Source of the DNA: Candidatus Limnocylindrus sp.
Lineage (GTDB): Bacteria; Chloroflexota; Limnocylindria; Limnocylindrales; Limnocylindraceae
Direction of reading: 5' to 3'
Assembly (NCBI GenBank): GCA_040397175.1
Contig: JBBAWM010000001.1
Span: forward strand, 121,976 to 185,975
Length of the DNA: 64,000 bases
Part shown: positions 10,870 through 20,226 of the stretch, one piece after another
Numbering within the stretch: position 1 is the first letter of the stretch
Layout: each line of letters begins with the position of its first letter
The notes under the pieces: model-generated
Database searches by the model: none
What the model was told of the DNA's origin: nothing
Seen by the model: the letters and a program-made list of their open reading frames with translations, nothing else
Position numbers and translations under genes: made by a program

Positions 10870-10992
10870 TTGTGCAAGATCACAATCTAGTCACCCCTTA
10901 AACCGCACCCCAGCCCAACCGAAACACCGTATTCTCCTGCTGACGGCTTCTCTCCTGGCTTGCAGGGGGTGAAATCTGTGCCGTACGCACAA
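10870..10992. promoter_or_regulatory. two palindromic operator-like boxes upstream of glnA
   Basis: TTGTGCAAGATCACAA at 10870-10885 and CTGTGCCGTACGCACAA at 10976-10992. Confidence 0.45.
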
Positions 10993-11022
10993 GATTCGGG
11001 CACTGCCCGGTGGAGGGGGATC

Positions 11023-12405
11023 ATGTCGAAGGGGTATGGAGCACGCACCGAGGCCGAAACCAAGGCGGCGCTCGCCACCGTAGCCAAGGCCGAGAAGACC
11101 GGCATCCGCACAGTGCAGCTGCAGTTCGTGGACCTGCACGGCATTACGAAGAGCGTGCAGATCCCGATCCACATGATGCCGAACGCCATCAAGCACGGCA
11201 CCTGGTTCGACGGCTCGTCGGTCGAGGGCTTCACCCGCATCGCCGAGAGCGATCAGATGCTGCGACCCGACATGGACACGTGGCGCATTCTGCCGTGGGC
11301 TCCCGCCGAGAGCGGCGCGGGCACGGCGCGCGTGATCTGCGACGTGCTCCTTCCCGACGGCACCCCATTCGCGGGCGATCCGCGCGGCGTGTTGCGCCGA
11401 CAGGTCGAGCGAGCCGAGAAGCTCGGCTACAAGGTGAACATGGGGCCAGAGTTGGAGTTCTTCCTCTTTGAGTACGGCGCCGATGGGCATCCAGTCACCA
11501 AGCCGCATGACAAGGCTGGCTACTTCGACTTCACCGGTGACCAGGGCATTGAGGTTCGCCAAGACATGGTCGACGCCCTCGAAGCGCTCGGCATCAAGAT
11601 TGAAACGGCGCACCACGAGGTGGCACCGGGCCAGCACGAGATTGACTTCGAGTATTCGGACTCGCTCTCGACCGCCGACAACGCCACCACCTTCAAGTAC
11701 GCGCTGAAAGAGATTGCAAAGCAGCACGGGCTTTACGCTAGCTTCATGCCGAAGCCGATCTACGGCATCAACGGATCGGGCATGCACACGCACATCAGCC
11801 TTGCCAGCTTGAAGACGGGGAAGAACGTCTTCTACGACGCAAAAGATAAGTACAGCCTGTCGCCGATCGCGAAGTCGTACATGGCCGGCATCCTCAAGCA
11901 TGCGCGATCAATGATTGCGGTGTTGGCGCCAACGGTGAACTCGTACAAGCGGCTCGTTCCCGGATACGAAGCGCCAACCTACCTGGTATGGGGGCGACGC
12001 AATCGTTCAGCGCTGATTCGCGTGCCGATGATCTCGGCGGGCCGTTCGGTTGAGGCAACGCGCATGGAGTTGCGCTGCCCAGACCCATCGGCGAACCCGT
12101 ATCTCGCCTTCGCGGTGATGATCGCGGCGGGCCTCGATGGCATCGAGAAGAAGATGGTGCTGCCAGACCCGGTCGAGGAGTCGCTCTATGAGATGGACTC
12201 GGTGCGCGTTGCCCAGAAGGGAATCCAGGAGCTGCCAGGAAGCCTGATCGAGGCGATTGAAGAGCTCAAGGCCGATCCAGTTGTTTGCGGCGCGCTTGGT
12301 GAGCACGTGCTCTCGCACTTCCTTGACGCCAAGCAGGCGGAGTGGGACGAGTACCGAACGCACGTATCGAACTGGGAGGTTGAGCGCTACCTCGAGCTCT
12401 ACTAG
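11023..12405 (+). CDS. glnA: glutamine synthetase type I (alpha-like)
   Basis: FDGSS, GPELEFF, HHEVAPGQHEI, MPKP...NGSGMHTH, PGYEAP, RNRSALIRVP and ELRCPDPSANPYL; GGAGG RBS before ATG 11023. Confidence 0.92.
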   Translation: MSKGYGARTEAETKAALATVAKAEKTGIRTVQLQFVDLHGITKSVQIPIHMMPNAIKHGTWFDGSSVEGFTRIAESDQMLRPDMDTWRILPWAPAESGAGTARVICDVLLPDGTPFAGDPRGVLRRQVERAEKLGYKVNMGPELEFFLFEYGADGHPVTKPHDKAGYFDFTGDQGIEVRQDMVDALEALGIKIETAHHEVAPGQHEIDFEYSDSLSTADNATTFKYALKEIAKQHGLYASFMPKPIYGINGSGMHTHISLASLKTGKNVFYDAKDKYSLSPIAKSYMAGILKHARSMIAVLAPTVNSYKRLVPGYEAPTYLVWGRRNRSALIRVPMISAGRSVEATRMELRCPDPSANPYLAFAVMIAAGLDGIEKKMVLPDPVEESLYEMDSVRVAQKGIQELPGSLIEAIEELKADPVVCGALGEHVLSHFLDAKQAEWDEYRTHVSNWEVERYLELY

Positions 12406-12406
12406 G

Positions 12407-12602
12407 TAGGCGTTGATCGGCTTTCGCCCACTCTTGTCCCTCTTGGGGGGCGGAGTGGGCGTCTGCATTCGACAGCAACTCCGCGAATGGGACGTGAGGC
12501 GGTCTCACACGATATGTGCCGTATGTTTATTCGGGGGCCCGAAGCTGGCGGGCATAGGGCCCCTTACTTCCAACGGCTCCTCGAGCTGATCCTGGCTGCT
12601 TA
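12407..12602 (+). ncRNA. candidate structured RNA (multi-branched, unassigned family)
   Basis: Closing stem 12415-12423/12583-12591 encloses four hairpins; G-U pairs favour the + strand. Confidence 0.4.
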
Positions 12603-13457
12603 GCGGCGGGCGGCGACCGCCTGGACAATGGTGGTGAAGCGCACACCGCCGAGTGCGTTTCCGGCGGCGATGATCGCCTCGAGCACCTCGGCGCGACTCC
12701 CGCGGCCAATGCACTCCGGGTGGAACGTGTAGGTCAGCAGACCGTTGCGTAGGCTTGGATCGGTGAGTGCTCGGGCGTGGGCGAGGCGCAGCTCGGCCAG
12801 CGCCACCTCAGCGAACGCGCTCGGTGGCGATGCGGGGCCACCTCCGCGACCCGGTTCAAACCAGGGCCAATCGTCGAGCCAGTGGCTGATTGGCACTTCC
12901 AGCAGCGTGCCATCGGTACCGAGGGTGGAACGTTCAATGGCGTGGTGATCGCCGTGACGCACGGGGGTGATGCGCGTCTCTTCCCATGCGAGCGACGAGT
13001 CGTAGGTGAAGCCAGCCTCTTCAACGAAGCGCAACGTCTGCTCGGAGAGCGACCAGTATGGTGCGCGAAATCCGACGATCGGCGACGTGTAGCCGGCGGC
13101 ATGTGCGGCGGCGGTGAGGGCGACCCTCTGGCGAACGATCAAGTCTCGCTCTTGGTCGGGGGGGAGGGCGGCGTGGTCTTCATGGGCCCAGCCGTGGCAG
13201 CCAACCTCATGACCGCCGGCCACGATGGCGGCGAGACTCTCGGGCCAGGTGTGCGCGGTGTGCACGGGAACAAAGAAGGTGGCGGGTACGGATTCGCGTG
13301 CAAGGATGGCGAGGATGCGGGGGAGGCCCACGCGCGGACCGAACTCGCCAGTGGAGCGATCGAAGGGGCGGTGCCCCTTCTCAACATCGGAACTGATGGC
13401 GTCATGATCGAAGGTCAGTGCGACCTGCAAGATCACCTCGTTCGCAACCTGGTTCAT
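12600..13457 (-). CDS. polysaccharide deacetylase family protein (PuuE/PgdA-like)
   Basis: LTFDHD, ATFFVP, GHEVGCHGWAH, GFRAP, YDSS and FHPECIG motifs. Confidence 0.9.
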   Translation of the reverse strand: MNQVANEVILQVALTFDHDAISSDVEKGHRPFDRSTGEFGPRVGLPRILAILARESVPATFFVPVHTAHTWPESLAAIVAGGHEVGCHGWAHEDHAALPPDQERDLIVRQRVALTAAAHAAGYTSPIVGFRAPYWSLSEQTLRFVEEAGFTYDSSLAWEETRITPVRHGDHHAIERSTLGTDGTLLEVPISHWLDDWPWFEPGRGGGPASPPSAFAEVALAELRLAHARALTDPSLRNGLLTYTFHPECIGRGSRAEVLEAIIAAGNALGGVRFTTIVQAVAARR

Positions 13458-13512
13458 GGGCGAAGGGTAGCGTCAATCGGCTATCCTTCCCCTCCCGCGG
13501 TGCGGGATCGGT

Positions 13513-13589
<77 letters not shown>

Positions 13590-13631
13590 GTATCACCAGT
13601 GATCTGGCGAACTAAGCGAAGATAGGCATAG

Positions 13632-13707
13632 GCGCCCTTAGCTCAGCGGATAGAGCATCTGGCTTCGGACCAGAGGGTCGGGGGTTCGAGTCCCTCAGGG
13701 CGCACCA
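13632..13707 (+). tRNA. tRNA-Arg(TCG)
   Basis: GCGCCCT...AGGGCGC-A-CCA; anticodon arm TCTGG-CTTCGGA-CCAGA. Confidence 0.95.
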
Positions 13708-13805
13708 TCTCTTCTCTCGCAATCTGCTCCGCACGCAGATGTGAAATCTCAAAGATGAGAACCATTTCGCTTGACCGATTCATCGCTGCGCGCCACGATC
13801 AGTTT

Positions 13806-14498
13806 ATGAAGATCCTACTGATTGAAGATGACGCGCGACTTGGCCCGCTGATTGCGCGACTCCTCACCGCCGAGCGACACACCGTGCAGCTCTCGGCCAC
13901 CGGCGCGGACGGCATCACATTCTGGGAGTCGGCATCGTGGGATCTGGTGATTCTCGATCGCATGCTTCCTGACCTTGAAGGTTCGTCCATTCTGCGCGAC
14001 CGCCGCCATGCCGGCGACACCACACCGGTACTCATGCTCACGGCGCTTGGCACCGTTGACGATCGCGTTGAGGGGCTCGACGCCGGGGCCGACGATTACC
14101 TGACGAAGCCATTCGCCGCAACCGAGCTATTGGCTCGGGTGCGCGCCCTTGGCCGCCGCGGCGAGATGTCGGCGAGTGGCGAGGCCGAGCGCGAGGTGGT
14201 GCCAGGCCTGCTGCTCGATGAGGGGCGCCATGCACTTACCGCTGGCGAGAAGGTGATCGACCTCTCAGCGCGCGAATACGCGCTGATCGCCTACCTGATT
14301 CGTAATCGCGGCATCGCCCTCACACGACAGCAGCTCCTCGACGAGGTGTGGGGCGCTGAGCCTGATGTCTACTCCAATGTGGTTGACCTGTACGTGCACT
14401 ACTTGCGCAAGAAGTTTGAAGAGGCGGGCTTCGACAATCTCTTGAAGACGGTCCGCGGCGTTGGCTATCGCTTGGCTGACGCGCCGAAAGAGAAGTAG
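13806..14498 (+). CDS. OmpR-family response regulator
   Basis: MKILLIEDD, LDRMLP and GADDYLTKPF; winged helix with VDLYVHYLRKK and TVRGVGY. Confidence 0.95.
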   Translation: MKILLIEDDARLGPLIARLLTAERHTVQLSATGADGITFWESASWDLVILDRMLPDLEGSSILRDRRHAGDTTPVLMLTALGTVDDRVEGLDAGADDYLTKPFAATELLARVRALGRRGEMSASGEAEREVVPGLLLDEGRHALTAGEKVIDLSAREYALIAYLIRNRGIALTRQQLLDEVWGAEPDVYSNVVDLYVHYLRKKFEEAGFDNLLKTVRGVGYRLADAPKEK

Positions 14499-14500
14499 CC

Positions 14501-16111
14501 GTGCCGTTCGGTAGTGATCTCAGCGGTGAGGGGATTGAGACGCTGCTCGCCCGCACCCGCCGCCAAATCTCGGTCTTCATTCTGGGCGCCACGGCGCTGG
14601 TTGTGGCGGTGGTCGGCGTTGGCGGGGCGTTGGCTGGCAATAGCGCGCTCGACGCCGGTCTCGATAATGCGCTGGTGGCGCGGGCGGAACGCATCGTTCT
14701 CGTGATCCAAGAGAAGTTACCGCCACTCCCGGGGGTTTCTCCCGGTCCGAGCACCTCTCCAACTCCGAGCGAAAGTCCGGACGAGTCCAACGAGCCTGAC
14801 GCGTCATCAAGTCCAGGTGAATCAGGAGTTCCCGAGCAGGGCCCATCGACCAGGCCAATTCCGAGCGGTGAGATTCCGATGCCGAGTGGTGGGTCCGATG
14901 GCGATGGCGAGGGGCAGGATCAGCAGGATCGCGACAGTGGTCACGCCCCTTCGGAAATCAGCGCGGCGTATTTCGTCGTTGCAGGCGCGCATCTTGATGA
15001 TGCACCGCCTTCAATTCCCCCTGAGCTAACCGAACAGGAGTTCGGCGCCGGTGGCCCCTGGGCCGTACTCGATGCGCACGGAGCAGTCCTCGCGCGTTCA
15101 GCGGGAAGCAGCGCCGATTTTCCAATTCTTACGTTGATTGATGCAACGTCCACTCGGCCATCCGCGAAAACCGTGCTGATCGGCCGTACGGAGTTTCGTG
15201 TGGTGACCACGCCGATCCAACATCCACAGGACCCGAATGGGAAGGTTCTCGGCTATGTACAAGTGGCCGGCCGCCTCGATGTGCGTGACGCCCAGCGACA
15301 GAACCTGTTCGGCTCACTGGTGCTGGTGGCACTCCTTTCACTCGGTGGCGCGCTGGTGATGGCGCTGCTCATCACCCGCCGTGCCTTGGCTCCCATCGCC
15401 GCCGCCGCCGCGCGAGAGCGCGCCCTCGTGGCGAGTGCGTCGCATGAGCTCCGTACCCCTGCCTCCGTGATCCTCTCGAGTGCCGAGATCTTGGAGCGCG
15501 AGGGGCTCGTGAAGCCCGCGGGCCTCGACCTACTCCGCGGCATCGCGGCGGAGTCGGAGCGACTCGGCCGACTCAGTGCCGACCTCCTCACCCTCTCGAG
15601 CCGGCAGGCGACGTCCGAGGGTGGCGAGCGCATGGTCACGGTTGAACTCCACCCAATCAACCTTGATGACGTTGCGCGTGAAGCAATTGAACGTGCTGGA
15701 CCAATGGTGAAGCGCGTCGGCCTTGGCCTGCGCGCGAATGTTGGTCGCAAGCGCCTCACAATTTCAGGCGACACCGATCGATTGATTCAGCTCGTGCTTG
15801 GCCTCGTCGAGAACGCCATCCGCCATTCACCGTCGGCGAGCTCGGTCACCATTGGCACCAGTATCTCTGACGGCTTTGCGTCGATCTGGGTCGACGACGA
15901 AGGCCCTGGAGTGCCACTCCCCGAGCGCGAGCGCATCTTCGAGCCGTTCTATCGCGGCGCTGGACAGGCGCGCATCCACGGCGGGGCGGGACTCGGCTTG
16001 GCGATCGCCCGATCGATTGCGAGTGCGCATAACGGCACCATTGCTGCGGAGACCGCGGTTGGTGGCGGCGCGCGCATGATTGTGCGTATTCCGCTTGTGG
16101 TCGCGGAGTAG
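14501..16111 (+). CDS. membrane sensor histidine kinase
   Basis: Two TMs; H-box ASHELRTP, N-box VENAIRHS, DEGPG, IFEPFYR and GAGLGLAI. Confidence 0.92.
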   Translation: MPFGSDLSGEGIETLLARTRRQISVFILGATALVVAVVGVGGALAGNSALDAGLDNALVARAERIVLVIQEKLPPLPGVSPGPSTSPTPSESPDESNEPDASSSPGESGVPEQGPSTRPIPSGEIPMPSGGSDGDGEGQDQQDRDSGHAPSEISAAYFVVAGAHLDDAPPSIPPELTEQEFGAGGPWAVLDAHGAVLARSAGSSADFPILTLIDATSTRPSAKTVLIGRTEFRVVTTPIQHPQDPNGKVLGYVQVAGRLDVRDAQRQNLFGSLVLVALLSLGGALVMALLITRRALAPIAAAAARERALVASASHELRTPASVILSSAEILEREGLVKPAGLDLLRGIAAESERLGRLSADLLTLSSRQATSEGGERMVTVELHPINLDDVAREAIERAGPMVKRVGLGLRANVGRKRLTISGDTDRLIQLVLGLVENAIRHSPSASSVTIGTSISDGFASIWVDDEGPGVPLPERERIFEPFYRGAGQARIHGGAGLGLAIARSIASAHNGTIAAETAVGGGARMIVRIPLVVAE

Positions 16112-16117
16112 ACTCCC

Positions 16118-16642
16118 ATGGGTGTGGGGACGCCAGCGACGGCGCTGCTGAACGAACAGAAGGTCCCCTTCACGGTGCACGAATACGAGCTCGAACCACT
16201 GAGTGGGGTTGAGCAGCATCGTGGCGAGCGCATCGCCTACGGCGATGCCGCAGCAGCGGCGCTCGGCATTTCACCCGACCGTCTCTGCAAGACACTTCTC
16301 CTCGCTATTGACGGTGCGAGCGATCCACGGACCCTCTTCGCACTCGCCGTTGTGCCGAGCAGTGGTGAACTTTCCGAGAAGGCGGTGGCGACAGCATTGG
16401 GTGCGAAACGTGCGGCCCTCGCGGATGCCGAGAGCGTCCGTCGCGTAACCGGTTACGTCCCCGGAGGTGTCAGCCCACTCGGCTCCAAGCGGCCACTCCC
16501 GTTACTCCTTGACTCGGGTGCGGCAGGGCATGCCACCATCGTTGTCTCTGCGGGTCAACGGGGCCGATCCATCGAACTGCTTCCTGCCGACCTGCTGAGG
16601 GTGGGTCGAGGCGACTTAGCACCGATCGGTGTGGCGCGATGA
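16118..16642 (+). CDS. ybaK: Cys-tRNA(Pro) deacylase, YbaK/EbsC family
   Basis: CKTL, TGYVPGGVSPLG and VSAGQRG motifs. Confidence 0.88.
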   Translation: MGVGTPATALLNEQKVPFTVHEYELEPLSGVEQHRGERIAYGDAAAAALGISPDRLCKTLLLAIDGASDPRTLFALAVVPSSGELSEKAVATALGAKRAALADAESVRRVTGYVPGGVSPLGSKRPLPLLLDSGAAGHATIVVSAGQRGRSIELLPADLLRVGRGDLAPIGVAR

Positions 16643-16733
16643 CTCCACGGGATCGCAATTATTTGAACCTTCTCATGCCGCCTGGCGAAGGCTTTGAGCG
16701 AGTACAGGACACGGGGCGCCCCGCTCACCGACG

Positions 16734-18149
16734 ATGAGCCGTATGACCACCGCCAGTCGAACCAGTGCCGAGCGCCATTTGGCGCCAACCAGTCCGCCGC
16801 TGCCGCGGCGCTGGTCAATCACGCCTGGCGATCTCAATTGGGGGGTGCTTGGGTTCGCCATCATCATCGGCGCCATGTGGGTGCGCCATGGCGGCCTCGA
16901 TCGGTTCGATAGCCCGCTCAATGCCCTCACCGCGATCGGCCAGCTCACCGCCCTCTACGGAACCTACCTTGCCCTCGTCGGCATTCTGCTCATGTCCCGT
17001 GCACCATTTATTGATCAGGTCGTCGGTAGCGACGAGGCGGCGCGCCTCCATCGTCTCGCCGGATACGCCAGCGTCTGGTTCATTGGCGCACACGCCATCG
17101 CCTCAACCATTGGTTACTCGGGCACCACCACTGTTCCGACGATTGGCGAGGTCTGGAATCAGATCTACACGTTTACGATCCTGGAGGCGGGTGGGCTCGG
17201 CGGCACCATCGGCCTTGCACTGCTGATCCTTGTTGCCGTTGTCTCAATTCGTGCAGCACGTGCGCGGCTCGCCTACGAAACCTGGTACGGCATCCACCTG
17301 TACGTCTATCTCGCCATGGCGCTCGGCTTCTTGCATCAACTCACGTTGGGTGTTGATTTTGTCGACGATGGCCTCGCCCGCGCAAGTTGGATTGGTCTTT
17401 ATGCCATTGCATTCGTGCCCCTGATCCTCTTCCGATTCTTGGAGCCGTTGGTGCGCAACCTGCGGCACCGCTTCTATGTGGACCAGGTGGTCATCGAGCG
17501 TGACGGCGTCGCCTCCCTCTGGATCACTGGCAGCGCCATGGAGAAGTTGCCAGTGCGAGCCGGGCAGTGGTTCGGGATCCGCGTGCTCAATGCCAAGGGC
17601 TGGTGGCGCTCCAATCCGTATTCAATCTCGGCCGGCCCGAACGGCATCCACCTGCGCTTCACCATTGAGGCGATTGGTGATCGATCCCGTGATCTACAAC
17701 GCATCAAGCCTGGGACCCGAATCTTCCTCGAGGGGCCATACGGCATCCTTTCAGGCGCAACGCGCACGCATGAGAAGGTGCTCCTGATCGCCGGCGGCAT
17801 CGGCATCACCCCGCTCCGAGCCCTCTTCGAGGTGCTCCCCGTGCGCCGTGGCGACATGGCGCTCCTCTACCGCGCCCCCTCCAACGCCTCTGTTGTCTTT
17901 AAGAAGGAGCTCACCCGCATCGCTGAAGTGCGCGGCGCCACGCTTGATTTTGTGACCGGGAGCCGCGATCAGTTCGCCTTCAACGACGACCCGCTCTCGC
18001 CGGGTGGCCTCTGGGCCGCCTACCCCGACGTGCGCGAACGCGATGTCTACCTCTGCGGCTCGCCGCGCATGATGGCCACCGTCGAGAAGAGCCTGCGAGA
18101 TATTGGCGTACCGCATCACCAAATCCACCTTGAGCGATTTAACTGGTAG
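16734..18149 (+). CDS. ferric reductase-like membrane protein with FAD/NAD-binding (FNR) domain
   Basis: Six TMs with paired His residues; NPYSIS, EGPYG, IAGGIGITP, YLCG and terminal ERF motifs. Confidence 0.88.
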   Translation: MSRMTTASRTSAERHLAPTSPPLPRRWSITPGDLNWGVLGFAIIIGAMWVRHGGLDRFDSPLNALTAIGQLTALYGTYLALVGILLMSRAPFIDQVVGSDEAARLHRLAGYASVWFIGAHAIASTIGYSGTTTVPTIGEVWNQIYTFTILEAGGLGGTIGLALLILVAVVSIRAARARLAYETWYGIHLYVYLAMALGFLHQLTLGVDFVDDGLARASWIGLYAIAFVPLILFRFLEPLVRNLRHRFYVDQVVIERDGVASLWITGSAMEKLPVRAGQWFGIRVLNAKGWWRSNPYSISAGPNGIHLRFTIEAIGDRSRDLQRIKPGTRIFLEGPYGILSGATRTHEKVLLIAGGIGITPLRALFEVLPVRRGDMALLYRAPSNASVVFKKELTRIAEVRGATLDFVTGSRDQFAFNDDPLSPGGLWAAYPDVRERDVYLCGSPRMMATVEKSLRDIGVPHHQIHLERFNW

Positions 18150-18176
18150 CCCAGTAGGGCAGAGAGGAGCACACAC

Positions 18177-18767
18177 ATGCCACGACGAGGATTGATTTCG
18201 TTGATCTTTACGATCGCAGGGTTGCGCCTGATCATCGGCTATGTGCCACCAGCCCAGGCGGGAATCGGTGGGATTTCGCCAGACCCTTCTATGTCACCCG
18301 ATCCGTCGGCGAGCCCAACGATCGATCCAACGCCGACACCATCTCCAACGCCGGATCCATCGTTGGCTCCGGGCGCAAGCGCAACCCCGAAGCCAACGGT
18401 AAAGCCAACCCCGAAGCCAACAGCCACGCCAAAGCCAACGGCCACCGCGGCAGCCACGCTGCATAACGGAACCTTTGCGGGGAGCAACTTCAACTACAAC
18501 TACGGCACCATGAAAGTGACCGTCACGATTAGTGGCGGCAAGGTGACCGATGCGTCGGTCTCGCAGAGTGGTCGCTGGGCGATTGGGTATCGCAAGTCAG
18601 CATGCACCGAAGCGGTGTTTAACAGCGCGGCCATTGATCTGAGTGCAGGTAGCTCAACCGGGAGTGACTTCCTGGCGAAGCAGCCCTCGGCCTGCTCTGG
18701 TGCGTCATATTCGTGGTGGGGTTATGCAAACTCACTCCAGGCGGCCATCGATAAGGCGACCTATTGA
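18177..18767 (+). CDS. extracellular FMN-binding domain protein
   Basis: N-terminal anchor, Pro/Thr linker, YG.MKVTVTISGGKVTD, flavinylation-type motif SGASYS..Y..SLQAAID. Confidence 0.8.
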   Translation: MPRRGLISLIFTIAGLRLIIGYVPPAQAGIGGISPDPSMSPDPSASPTIDPTPTPSPTPDPSLAPGASATPKPTVKPTPKPTATPKPTATAAATLHNGTFAGSNFNYNYGTMKVTVTISGGKVTDASVSQSGRWAIGYRKSACTEAVFNSAAIDLSAGSSTGSDFLAKQPSACSGASYSWWGYANSLQAAIDKATY

Positions 18768-19537
18768 GCGGCACACTCGACGAGTCGGTCACCCGCGTCG
18801 TCCGAAAGGTCTTCGGCTCAGCAGCATCGCTGGCCGTTGTGGGGGCACTCCCCTCGGCTGCCGTTGAGGCAACCTTCGCGCGGCTGAACGAGATTGAGGA
18901 GCGCTTCTCAACGTACCGTCCCGATTCAGAAATTTGTCGGATTCGAGATGGCGCGCTGGCTCGCTCAGCGGCCCACCCAGAGACGCAGCAGATCCTCAAC
19001 GTCTGCGAGGCACTCTATGAGGAGAGCGGCGGCATCTTTGACGCCTGGCATGCTGGGCGCGATGGCGGCCTCGAGCCCGCTGGCTACGTGAAGGGGTGGG
19101 CGATCGGCGTGGCCGGAGCCATCTTGCGCGAGCATGGCGTCGAGAACTTCTCGCTCGGCATTGGCGGCGACATCACCGCTGCAGGTGGCGGACCTGCAGG
19201 CATCGGCTGGAGTGTTGGTGTGGTTGATCCGCGCCGCAGCACCACGTTGGTTGCACGAGTCTCCCTTCGAAACGAGGGCATTGCCACGAGCGGTATGGCA
19301 GAGCGACCGGGGCACCTTCGCGACGCAGGAACGGGCGGCGCTGCAACCAGCCCATGGCTCAGCTTCACCGTGGTGGGGCCCGACATTGCCCGAGTCGATG
19401 CACTCGCCACGATCTGCTTCCTTGAGGGGCGAGCGGGTATGCAGCGAGTCGATCAAGAGCCCGGGTACGGCGCATTGGCCATGGACACCGACGGGGTGCT
19501 CACCGCCACTGAGGGTTTTCGCACCCGCACGATTTAA
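18764..19537 (+). CDS. apbE: FAD:protein FMN transferase
   Basis: FSTYRPDSEI, GYVKGWA, GGDI, W.VGV.DP, IATSG and DALAT motifs. Confidence 0.9.
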   Translation: MSGTLDESVTRVVRKVFGSAASLAVVGALPSAAVEATFARLNEIEERFSTYRPDSEICRIRDGALARSAAHPETQQILNVCEALYEESGGIFDAWHAGRDGGLEPAGYVKGWAIGVAGAILREHGVENFSLGIGGDITAAGGGPAGIGWSVGVVDPRRSTTLVARVSLRNEGIATSGMAERPGHLRDAGTGGAATSPWLSFTVVGPDIARVDALATICFLEGRAGMQRVDQEPGYGALAMDTDGVLTATEGFRTRTI

Positions 19538-19661
19538 GGGTATTTATTAGCGACTTCTCACGAGTTCCTGTGGGGGCACACAGGACAGCAGCACGAGGGC
19601 TCGCTGAATATGACTGTAGGCGACCGAGGCGATAGCCGAGGCGAGCGAAAGGAGCAATGTC

Positions 19662-20129
19662 ATGGCAAAGAACAAGAGCTCATTTGAGGGCCAGGAACTC
19701 GCTCCGATGGAGCCATGGCGCCCAGAGTACGCACCGCAAGTGGTGACAAGCCGCCGCCATCCAGCGTCAACCATTGTTGCCTTCGTGCTGGCCGCGGGAT
19801 TCGGCCTCTCCGTCGGTGGGGCCTTCGCCAGTCAGGCGGGCATCTTGCCGCCACTCGGTGGCACTGATGCAGCTGTCGTGGCAGACCAGTCGCCGGATGC
19901 ATCTGTTGATCCAGCCGTTGTTCCAGCGGTCGACCCAACGGACGACTCGGCGCTCGTGGTTGATGTCACGTCAGCACCAAGCGATGCGCCAATTGTTGAT
20001 CCAGCTCCGACCACGGATCCAGTTGTCCTTCCACCGCCACCAGGCGGCGGATCTGATGACGAAGATGACGGTGGAAAAGACGACGGGAATGACGACGGCG
20101 ATGACAGCGAGGGTGGCGACAACGACTGA
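19662..20129 (+). CDS. single-TM hypothetical protein with Asp-rich tail
   Basis: AAAGGAG RBS, one TM, Pro/Asp-rich region, acidic C-terminus. Confidence 0.65.
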   Translation: MAKNKSSFEGQELAPMEPWRPEYAPQVVTSRRHPASTIVAFVLAAGFGLSVGGAFASQAGILPPLGGTDAAVVADQSPDASVDPAVVPAVDPTDDSALVVDVTSAPSDAPIVDPAPTTDPVVLPPPPGGGSDDEDDGGKDDGNDDGDDSEGGDND

Positions 20130-20226
20130 CCGCTAGCCTCCCAGTATCTACGAGTCGCCGCAGCTCACTGGCGGGTAAGCTGCGGCGACTCTGCGTCTAG
20201 CGCACCACTCCGTGTATCGTGCAGCA

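Noticed and set aside
12376-12602. Resemblance to tmRNA (ATTCGACAG), pistol ribozyme (GCGTTGATC) or SRP RNA (AAGCAGCC)
   Set aside because: There is no T-arm, CCA end or tag frame, no pistol pseudoknot or AAA linker, and no SRP GGAA helix. Kept only as an unassigned RNA candidate.
18380-18445. Short AAGCCAAC tandem repeats as a possible CRISPR or VNTR
   Set aside because: They encode a TPKP linker in frame; there are no spacers and no cas genes.
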